A stretch of DNA of 61,240 bases, filler included. It is 3 parts of 3 records of this genome, joined end to end, with 100 filler letters (N's around TTAATTAATTAA, not from the genome) between each part and the next. Parts side by side here need not be neighbours in the genome. Positions count along the whole stretch, not along the records: positions 27,387 to 51,170 come from DRR723986_4698; 2 more parts are not named here. One strand, written 5' to 3'. Made by a program: the position numbers and the translations under genes. Of the stretch, positions 30,365 through 37,807 are shown piece after piece (within the stretch, counting starts at the first letter, position 1; each line of letters opens with the position of its first letter). The notes beneath the pieces are model-generated. The model saw nothing but the letters and a program-made list of their open reading frames with translations, was not told where the DNA came from and did no database searches.

Positions 30365-31174
30365 TTGGGACGGTTTGTCCTTCAGGAGCTTTATTCGTTC
30401 GTGTCGCAGAGGTTTTCAGTAACGAGTGCTTTGTGTTCCATATGGCTCTGCGCCGCCTCCCAAGGCGCGGCGCAGGTCACCTTCGACGAGGTCGAGGCCG
30501 CGTTGTCCGCACTCGAGCAGACATTGGACCTCCCTCAGCCCGGCCCCGTCGAGCCCAAGCCCCTGACAGGACAGACCACTCCTCCCCCCCAGGTCCTTCT
30601 GGGCGGGCAAACCGATGCCGACGAGGGTTCGCCCCTCGGGAGTGGGATCGCGTTCCTGCCGATCCCGACCGATCAAACCTGCGCGCGCGGCATTGGCACG
30701 ATCGTGGAAGACGCCGACGCGCTGGATGAGCGGGTCCGCAAGACCGAGGTTGCGGCTCTCAAGCTCGACAAGCGTTTCTCGAAACTCGAGGAAGAGAACC
30801 AGGCCTACGAAACCGATCCGACCGTGAATGCCTGTCCGGACGATTTCTTCGAAGAGGTCGAGGCTTTCGTGGCCGAATTGGCTGCGCTGGATTACGCGCC
30901 CTTCGTTCTGGAAGCGGAATCGCTCTCGGTCTGTGCACAGGCCGGACGCCTCGCGACCGATGCCCGCATGTCGGAACTGGCCCAGAGCGCGGACCTCAAC
31001 GCAGCAAAGGATCGCCTGGCCTGGGGTGAAGTCCTGCAACGCTGGACCAAGGCCGATGTGCAGATTTCCGAGGCGGTCCGCAGTCTGGTGTTCTTCGATC
31101 AGCGCCGCGGCCGTCTGCAAACGGCTTCTGAGGCCATGTTGCGCCGCTGCCAATTCCTTCGGGGCTACGAATGA
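30365..31174 (+). CDS. Exported helical/coiled-coil protein with four conserved Cys (paralog of 36055-36600)
   Basis: Signal-peptide-like ...SIWLCAASQGAA/Q; start may be GTG 30401 after AGGAG; stop overlaps next ATG. Confidence 0.75.
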   Translation: MGRFVLQELYSFVSQRFSVTSALCSIWLCAASQGAAQVTFDEVEAALSALEQTLDLPQPGPVEPKPLTGQTTPPPQVLLGGQTDADEGSPLGSGIAFLPIPTDQTCARGIGTIVEDADALDERVRKTEVAALKLDKRFSKLEEENQAYETDPTVNACPDDFFEEVEAFVAELAALDYAPFVLEAESLSVCAQAGRLATDARMSELAQSADLNAAKDRLAWGEVLQRWTKADVQISEAVRSLVFFDQRRGRLQTASEAMLRRCQFLRGYE

Positions 31175-31680
31175 GGACGGTTCGCAGGACTTCAGGCGTG
31201 AAGAAGGATGTCCGGTCAACGCCCGGCCAAACCTCGGTCAGGGCCGCTCTGATGGCGGCCGGGATGGTATGCGCGGCGGTGGTGCCGGAGTTTGCCGCCG
31301 CAGAGCAGACGACAGGTACCACGCGGCCTGCGGCATCGGACGGGCAAGGCGTCGCGACGGGCGCCGTCGCCGCATCGGCCCGGGAAATCCTTGCGCTGAT
31401 CGAGGTCGGCTCGGCCTTCGAATTCGCCCTGAACGACGCACATGCGGAAGCCATGGTGCTTCTGCGTCGGACCGAGCGCGAACCTCCAAGCCCTGCCCGA
31501 GACCGGCGGCTTCAGGAGTTGCGCCGCCTCCTCCCGGAAATGGACCGTCTGATCGAAGCGGTCTTCGCGACGGAGGTCGCGTTGAAGAAGCGTCTGATGG
31601 CCTCCGATGCTTCGGAAGGGGGCGCGCCGAAAGCCATTCAGGACAAAACAAGGAGCGGACATGAACATGAAGACGATTAG
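31171..31680 (+). CDS. Exported helical protein (shorter paralog of 31661-32317)
   Basis: Hydrophobic leader; VLLRRTEREPPSP motif shared with next gene. Confidence 0.65.
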   Translation: MRTVRRTSGVKKDVRSTPGQTSVRAALMAAGMVCAAVVPEFAAAEQTTGTTRPAASDGQGVATGAVAASAREILALIEVGSAFEFALNDAHAEAMVLLRRTEREPPSPARDRRLQELRRLLPEMDRLIEAVFATEVALKKRLMASDASEGGAPKAIQDKTRSGHEHEDD

Positions 31681-32317
31681 CCTGACCTGCGCGGTCTGCG
31701 TGGCGCTGGCAAGCGGCGCGGCAGCCCCCGCCAGCGCCCAGGACGGCTTTGCCCGGCAGGAGCAGCTTCAGGAACTCGGAGCCGATCTCAGCGGGATCTC
31801 GTCGAGGGTGCGGCAGTCCGTCGAAGACACGATGGCCTCGATCCAGAACTTTCAGGATTTCTCGGGCGATGAGCAGACCGATCAAGCAACGAAAGTTCTC
31901 GACGCGATCGAAGTGGAGACCCGGCAGATCATCGACAAGATCAAGATCACGTCCCCATTCATGAGCGCGCTGGACGACGCACGCGCGAACGTTCTCGTCC
32001 TGCTGCGCAAGAACGAACGCGACCCGCCAAGCCCGTTCCGGAACGCTCGCATCGCGAAACTGACGACCGCTCTCGCCTCGATCGACGAGCAGACCGAGCA
32101 GATCGTGGCGGCGGAAAGCACTCTGACCGCCATGCTGGCAGAGCACAGCCGCCTGCGTTCCGAACTGATGCAGGACGGCGTCGTCTATGCTGCCCAACTC
32201 TTCGTGGAAGACCTCAGCAAGCTGACCGACGGCTTGCAGGAGATGGCGAACGTGCTGTCCCAGATCTCCGGCAGCATCGCCCCCGTACCCACCGAAGCAA
32301 GCCTTGCATCCGAATAA
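31661..32317 (+). CDS. Exported coiled-coil protein
   Basis: AGGAG + ATG 31661; signal peptide ending APASA/Q; heptad-rich. Confidence 0.8.
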   Translation: MNMKTISLTCAVCVALASGAAAPASAQDGFARQEQLQELGADLSGISSRVRQSVEDTMASIQNFQDFSGDEQTDQATKVLDAIEVETRQIIDKIKITSPFMSALDDARANVLVLLRKNERDPPSPFRNARIAKLTTALASIDEQTEQIVAAESTLTAMLAEHSRLRSELMQDGVVYAAQLFVEDLSKLTDGLQEMANVLSQISGSIAPVPTEASLASE

Positions 32318-32339
32318 CTCCCCAGAAAAGGACCACCCG

Positions 32340-32957
32340 ATGATTTTCGCATCACGCCTTGCCCTGATCGCCCTTCTGACCTCGGCCACGCCGGTCTTGG
32401 CGCAGACCGAAGAGCCCGACATGGTCGAGCTTGTGGAAAGCGTCACCACCATCGCCACCGGTCTTTCGAACCGTGTCGCGACCCTCGGCGACATAATCGC
32501 CAACACCAAGGACGGCGACGCCGCCGCCAAGGCGCTGGACGACATGCTCGAAGCCGCCCGGCAGATGCAGGCCGATCTGGGCCGCGACAGCGCGGTTTGG
32601 GAAGACATCGACACCATGGTCGAAGTCTGGACCGCACGCCGGGACGATTTGCGCGAGCGGGCGGTTGAAAATCGCGCGCTCATGCCCGTTGCCGAAACCT
32701 GGCAGGCTCGGATTGACGAGGCGCTGGCGCTTCGTGATCAGATCAAGGACCAGTCGGACGAGTCCCTGGCGCTGATCGACCAGATCGAGTCCCAGCGGGA
32801 AGTGGTGATCGCGCTCTACGAAGCCGGGGAAGCGGATCAGGCGCTCCAGACCATGCGGTCGATCTCGGACGAGCTCGGCCAGATGAACGCGCAGATGACC
32901 TCCATCGTGAACCAGGCCGGGATCATCGCAGAACCGGTCGCGGTCGCGACGGAGTAG
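32340..32957 (+). CDS. Exported coiled-coil protein
   Basis: AAGGA + ATG 32340; signal peptide ending PVLA/Q; all-helical heptad pattern. Confidence 0.8.
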   Translation: MIFASRLALIALLTSATPVLAQTEEPDMVELVESVTTIATGLSNRVATLGDIIANTKDGDAAAKALDDMLEAARQMQADLGRDSAVWEDIDTMVEVWTARRDDLRERAVENRALMPVAETWQARIDEALALRDQIKDQSDESLALIDQIESQREVVIALYEAGEADQALQTMRSISDELGQMNAQMTSIVNQAGIIAEPVAVATE

Positions 32958-32961
32958 AGGC

Positions 32962-33345
32962 ATGAGGACGGCGGCTTTCGTTCTTGCGGCTCTTCTGCTC
33001 GGCGGCCCTTGCGCCGCCGGGCCGGAGACCGGCCCGCAGGACGGCACCATGGACCTCTCGCAAGCCGCCAGCCTGGTCGACGCGGCCGAAGGCAACGTCG
33101 AAGCGCTGGACGCGCTCATCGCGGGGCGGGAAATCGCGCTCGACGACCTTTACCTGCAGCGCGACGCCGCAGCGGACCGCAACGAACCCGGACGGGTCGC
33201 ACAGCTCGACCGGGTCATCGACAAGTTGAACCTGACCCTGACCCAGTTGGAGGCCGAACGGGACGCGATTGCCGGCCAGGTCGCGACTCTCAAGAAGCTG
33301 ATCGCCCAGCTTCGGTCGGAAACCGCGTCCGAAGATGGAGAATAG
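32962..33345 (+). CDS. Small exported coiled-coil protein
   Basis: Signal peptide; long heptad run LDRVIDKLNLTLTQLEAERDAIAGQVATLKKLIAQL. Confidence 0.75.
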   Translation: MRTAAFVLAALLLGGPCAAGPETGPQDGTMDLSQAASLVDAAEGNVEALDALIAGREIALDDLYLQRDAAADRNEPGRVAQLDRVIDKLNLTLTQLEAERDAIAGQVATLKKLIAQLRSETASEDGE

Positions 33346-33351
33346 CCCAGG

Positions 33352-33996
33352 ATGACACCGTTCCCTTCCGCGCGGCTTGTGCTGCCACTGTTCTTCTCAG
33401 GCCTTCTGTCGGTTGCCGCGATCGCGGGCGGCGGCGCATTCGTGCCGCCGCCCGGGGCGGACACGGGCGAGTCCATGGTTCAGCGGCTTTACGGCAACCC
33501 CTTCGTTCTGCTGATCGGGATCGTGGGTCTTTGGGCTTTCTTCTACGGCTTGCTGCAACTCTGGTCGTTCCAGTCCGGGATGAAGGGCATACTGGGACGC
33601 CTTGCCGGCCATGCGGGTCCACCCCCCCCTGCCGTTCGCACCGAGGAGGCGACCCTCTCTGCGGGGCTCTATACCGAGCGCTGGGACCATCTAGGCGCGA
33701 TCCGGATGGCGCCGTTGTCCTATGCGATCTGGGTGCTGCCACTGCTGGGGTTCATCGGCACGGTCATCGGGATTTCCGATGCCATCGGCGATCTCGGAAG
33801 CGTTTTCGCCGACAACGACCGCGAGGAAGCCCTGTCCTCCGTCCTCGGCGCGCTGAGATTCGCATTCGACACGACCTTTGCCGGTCTCGTGCTCGTGATG
33901 CCGGTCATGGCGTTGGCGACGGCCGTTTCGCTGCATTCGGACGCTGCGCGGGACGCCGCACTCGCCGAGAGCTTCGGCTCGTCTGGCGGAGACTGA
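33352..33996 (+). CDS. MotA/TolQ/ExbB proton-channel family protein
   Basis: LPLLGFIGTVIGIS and ALRFAFDTTFAGLV TM helices with the conserved Thr residues. Confidence 0.88.
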   Translation: MTPFPSARLVLPLFFSGLLSVAAIAGGGAFVPPPGADTGESMVQRLYGNPFVLLIGIVGLWAFFYGLLQLWSFQSGMKGILGRLAGHAGPPPPAVRTEEATLSAGLYTERWDHLGAIRMAPLSYAIWVLPLLGFIGTVIGISDAIGDLGSVFADNDREEALSSVLGALRFAFDTTFAGLVLVMPVMALATAVSLHSDAARDAALAESFGSSGGD

Positions 33997-33999
33997 TCC

Positions 34000-34479
34000 A
34001 TGCGGGTGTCGAGGACGATCAACCACAGGGCCCAGTATACCGCCTTGGTGGATATTCTCTTCGCGACGATCGGTGTCTTCGTGATCGTGTTCGCACTGCA
34101 GGACATCGAGGCTCCGACCGATTTGCAGCCGGCCCCCTACGATCACCTGATCCTCTGCGAGGAGGGTTCGAGCCCGGCCTATCTGGGACGCGCGTCCGAA
34201 GACGAACTGGCGCTGCAAAGCGCGGATCTGCGGTCGGACCGGGTGCGGGACCTGCTGGCGGACGGCGGGCGCGTCCTCGTCGCCCTGTCGGCATCCTGCC
34301 TTTCCGAGGACGGCGCCGACGCACCGGCAGTTGTCCTGCATGCGCTCGAGGATGAGCTGTCCGAACGGTCGGCCAAGGGTGACTCGCCTCTGATCCTGTT
34401 CGAATATGCCCCTCTTGGCCAAGGGGAGCATGACGCGGAAACCCTGCGAGAGCGCTTTCTTTCGGAGCTGTCCCGATGA
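34000..34479 (+). CDS. ExbD/TolR-like single-pass partner protein 1
   Basis: N-terminal TM containing Asp (TALVDILFATIGVFVIVF); directly follows the ExbB-like gene. Confidence 0.6.
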   Translation: MRVSRTINHRAQYTALVDILFATIGVFVIVFALQDIEAPTDLQPAPYDHLILCEEGSSPAYLGRASEDELALQSADLRSDRVRDLLADGGRVLVALSASCLSEDGADAPAVVLHALEDELSERSAKGDSPLILFEYAPLGQGEHDAETLRERFLSELSR

Positions 34480-35144
34480 TCGGGCTGGGGTTTTCGGCGA
34501 CACCGGCGCAGCCCTATCCCGAAACGGATGTCGGGATGCTGGACGTGTCCGCCAATGCGCTGGCTGTGCTCATTCTCGCGACGATGCTCGTGCTTTCCGT
34601 CGCCGCACCACCCGCACCGCCGGGCGAGGTGCGACGGGACAATCGGCCAGAGGTCTTCTATCCCTCGCCGCTCGACGTCGCGGTCTCGCCGCAAAGTGCC
34701 TATTGGGCGGTGACGCGGGGTGGTGTCACGCAGATCGATCTCGACGCCTTTGCCGTCGGACTGGCCGAAGGATCCACCGTCGCGCGCAGCGAACAGGGGC
34801 AGGCAACGCTCGTCATCGACCGCCGCAATTACCGCGACCTGAACGACCACCGGCTGCATCTGTCGCTGGATTGGGCAGCGATCGAGACGACGGCAACCCC
34901 GCCCGACGACGCAGGGGCCTTCGGTTCGGTCCTGAACGAGATCCGCCTTGCGTTCGAAGAGGACGGGACGGCGCCGACCTTCTTTGTCCGCGCCGAGGCC
35001 GCCGCGGAATTCGCGGGTCTCTACTGGGCCCTTCGTGACATCCGCGTCCCCATACGCTGGGCCTCGCTGACCGACCGGACTCCTTTGGTCCTGTCCCGCC
35101 GCAACACCAACTATGAAAGAAGGGCCCGCCAATGGCAGCGGTGA
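34476..35144 (+). CDS. ExbD/TolR-like single-pass partner protein 2
   Basis: N-terminal TM with Asp (GMLDVSANALAVLILATML); C-terminal FFVR...F strand-helix segment reminiscent of ExbD. Confidence 0.55.
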   Translation: MIGLGFSATPAQPYPETDVGMLDVSANALAVLILATMLVLSVAAPPAPPGEVRRDNRPEVFYPSPLDVAVSPQSAYWAVTRGGVTQIDLDAFAVGLAEGSTVARSEQGQATLVIDRRNYRDLNDHRLHLSLDWAAIETTATPPDDAGAFGSVLNEIRLAFEEDGTAPTFFVRAEAAAEFAGLYWALRDIRVPIRWASLTDRTPLVLSRRNTNYERRARQWQR

Positions 35145-36058
35145 TCTCGCAGAATACGCGCAGTCATCTGGTCGGAGGCATCCTGTGCGGACTCGCCATA
35201 CTGGCCCTTCGCCCTTTGCCCGAGCTCGGCGACGGCGATCCTCCGCGCGACCCGATCGGGGACCAGATCGAGGAAAAGATCGAGGACATCCGGACCGGCA
35301 AGGCCGAGGAAGACGCCGAAGGTGTCGCCGAAGAGGCCGGGCTGGTGCCCATGGCATCGCCCTGCACGATGCGCCGCGCCCGGCAGGCTCCGGGTGTCGA
35401 GCAGTCGTGGCGCCATCGCTTTGCCGCGGCGACAATTGCCACCGGAAACGAACCGCGGATTGCGCTTCTCGAAGACCTCGCGGTCAGCGCAGGCGACGAC
35501 CTGACGCGCTGGCGGGTGGATATCGCCTTTGCCGAACTCGGCCTTCGGTCGGGCGACGATGCGTTGACACGCGACCATCTCGAGCGGGCCGCGACCCGGA
35601 ACGTTCCGGACACCTGCCGGGCGGACGAGGCCTTTTTCCTCGCCGACCTTGCGGACACACCGGCAGGGGCCGCGCGTCTGCTGGATCGTGCCGTCGCGCT
35701 GGATCCCGGGTTCTGGTCTGCGCAGGAACGTCTGGCGCTTCTGGCGGCGTCCGGAACCGGGTCCGATCCGCAATCCTGCGAAGCCGATGCCCTGCGCGCG
35801 CTTGGCGCGGTCGTGCAACTCGGCGCCCTCGCCCGTCGGGATGTCCAGTTCGAGCGCCTGAACCGCGCTCTCGAAGGGATGCCGATCAATGGGCGCACGG
35901 CCTTGTTGCGCGGCATGATCCTTCGGCAGACCGGAGAGACCGCCGCAGCCCGCGACGCCTATGTGGCGGGCCTGAACAACCTCGATGGATCGCCCTGCGA
36001 TGCCATCCTGTCGCGCGCACTCAGCGGCATGATCGACGCCACGGAGGACGCGGGATGA
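35132..36058 (+). CDS. Membrane-anchored TPR-like protein
   Basis: N-terminal hydrophobic segment; TPR-like helices (AARLLDRAVALDPGFWSAQERLALL; LLRGMILRQTGETAAARDAY). Confidence 0.7.
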   Translation: MAAVISQNTRSHLVGGILCGLAILALRPLPELGDGDPPRDPIGDQIEEKIEDIRTGKAEEDAEGVAEEAGLVPMASPCTMRRARQAPGVEQSWRHRFAAATIATGNEPRIALLEDLAVSAGDDLTRWRVDIAFAELGLRSGDDALTRDHLERAATRNVPDTCRADEAFFLADLADTPAGAARLLDRAVALDPGFWSAQERLALLAASGTGSDPQSCEADALRALGAVVQLGALARRDVQFERLNRALEGMPINGRTALLRGMILRQTGETAAARDAYVAGLNNLDGSPCDAILSRALSGMIDATEDAG

Positions 36059-36600
36059 CGACAGCGACACGAGCGCGGCACAGCCTTCAGGCACTCGCTT
36101 GCCTGCTTGCCTTTCCCGGGGCGCTGGCCGCCGGGGAGTGCGGCCTTCGGCTCTCGGAAGTCGATGCGGCGACAACGGAGCTTACGCAGGAGGTCGAGGA
36201 CCTGTCGCGCACACTGGCCGTGATGTTCCGGGACTTCGCCAAGCTCGAGGCCCGGGCCAACGATCCCCAAGGGGGGTGCCCGGACGCGCTTTCGACCAGT
36301 CTGGAGGACGCTCGAACCCTCGATGTCGACAGCCTCGAGGCGCGCGGTGACGCGTTGCTCAGATGCGGTCAGGATTACGAGCTTCGGGTACAGGCCGACA
36401 TCGCTGCGGCCACGCGGGACAACGACAGCCAGATGCTCCTGCGCCTGACCGAGATACAGAGGCGAATCCTCGCCGTGCAGGCGCAGGCGACCGAAAACCT
36501 TGTCAGCGCCACCTTTCTCGGCTTGCGGGCCGACCGTCTCGTGAAAGAGCACGGCACGGTCCTGCAACGCTGCGCAATCCTCGGTGACGCCTATGACTGA
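36055..36600 (+). CDS. Exported helical Cys-containing protein (paralog of 30365-31174)
   Basis: ATG 36055 after GGAGG, overlapping previous stop; signal peptide ending GALA; shared C/F.KLE/CPD/C.Q/L.RC..L..Y pattern. Confidence 0.78.
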   Translation: MTTATRARHSLQALACLLAFPGALAAGECGLRLSEVDAATTELTQEVEDLSRTLAVMFRDFAKLEARANDPQGGCPDALSTSLEDARTLDVDSLEARGDALLRCGQDYELRVQADIAAATRDNDSQMLLRLTEIQRRILAVQAQATENLVSATFLGLRADRLVKEHGTVLQRCAILGDAYD

Positions 36601-36632
36601 CGGCACCCTGTCATGCTTGCCGGAGGTCGCCC

Positions 36633-37193
36633 ATGACTAGCCTCGCGTTCGGACTGTTCGGGCTGGCCCTCGTCTTTCTGGGGACATCCAGACTGCGCGC
36701 ACCCGTGACACAGGCGATCTGGTTTTCCTGTGCCATGGCGGCGCTGGCCAATCTGCTGATGCAGCCCGGAAGCTTCGCCGAAGTCGCCCTTTGGGCCACG
36801 GCGGCCGGCGGCCTCTGCCTGCTGGATCGGGCCAGATCCCGACCCGACGAGACGTTGGTTTTCGCGGCCATAGCCGGGGTTCTGATCGGTGCCGTCGGGC
36901 CGCATGTCGGGGCCGGTCTCGATCAAGTCGCTTCCTTGCCCGGTTGGGTTTCGGGGGTCTTGGGTTTGGTTGTCGCGCTGACGGCCGGACATGCCTTCGG
37001 CTCCATCGCGGCTGCGGCGATGGCCGCGCTGTCCTGCGCGTTGACGCTTGGACTTCTGACACCCGCTTTGCCCGGCGCATTGATCGTCAGCCTGCTTCTT
37101 GCGGCGGTCGCCCTGTCCACGCGGGCCGTCCGACCGGCCGTTCTCTCCCTGCTCCTTGTCCCCGCAACGGCCACGATCGGAGGTCCCTCATGA
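36633..37193 (+). CDS. Multi-pass inner-membrane protein
   Basis: Almost entirely hydrophobic, ~6-7 TM segments; GGAGG upstream. Confidence 0.72.
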   Translation: MTSLAFGLFGLALVFLGTSRLRAPVTQAIWFSCAMAALANLLMQPGSFAEVALWATAAGGLCLLDRARSRPDETLVFAAIAGVLIGAVGPHVGAGLDQVASLPGWVSGVLGLVVALTAGHAFGSIAAAAMAALSCALTLGLLTPALPGALIVSLLLAAVALSTRAVRPAVLSLLLVPATATIGGPS

Positions 37194-37807
37194 GCCGCTC
37201 ATCGACCCTTATCGCGCTGGTTCTCGGGCTCGGCAGCGTCAGCGTGGCCGCTGCGCAGGACACCGTGACCGCGCCACCGGCTCCGGTGCAAGAGGAGGCA
37301 ACGACGCCGCCGCCAGAGGGGCAACGACCGGCGCCCTTGACAGCCCCCGCCGATCCTGTGGCGCAGGTCGCCGCGATGCGCGAGGCCTTGGCCGCGCTGC
37401 GCGAACGGCAGTCCACCGACGATGCGATGCGATTGCCTGCCACCCCGCAGACGCTCGAGGCTTTGCAACGCACCGAAGCAGAGATTGCCGCCCTCGAGTC
37501 ACGGCACGAGGGCGCAGTCTGGAGGGCCCACAATCTTGGCATCCTGTCGCGGGCATTGGCAGCCGCGCCGCCCGGCGCTCTGCCGCAGGGCATCCCTGAC
37601 GGCACCAAACCCGATATCGCCCTGGCGGTGATCGAGCCGGAAACGACGCTCTATGCCGCCCCGCAGGTCGATGCGCAAACGACGATCGGAACGGTCGCGA
37701 CGCTGACGACCGTCCTGCGCGTGGCCGAAGTCGGGGCCTTTTCACTGCTCTGGTCGCAACAGGATGGTTTCGCCTTCGTGCTCAGCCATTTCCGAAAGGT
37801 CTACTGA
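37190..37807 (+). CDS. Exported protein with Pro-rich linker, coiled coil and possible SH3b-like C-terminal domain
   Basis: ATG 37190 after GGAGG; signal peptide ending AAA/Q; C-terminal TLYAAP.....IGTV.....L.V.E.G.F......G.AFV resembles SH3b. Confidence 0.65.
   Translation: MSRSSTLIALVLGLGSVSVAAAQDTVTAPPAPVQEEATTPPPEGQRPAPLTAPADPVAQVAAMREALAALRERQSTDDAMRLPATPQTLEALQRTEAEIAALESRHEGAVWRAHNLGILSRALAAAPPGALPQGIPDGTKPDIALAVIEPETTLYAAPQVDAQTTIGTVATLTTVLRVAEVGAFSLLWSQQDGFAFVLSHFRKVY

Noticed and set aside
33352-35144. Zorya anti-phage ZorA/ZorB
   Set aside because: The ExbB-like protein is only 214 aa with no long cytoplasmic tail, the partners show no OmpA-like peptidoglycan-binding motif, and no helicase or nuclease (ZorC/D/E) is adjacent
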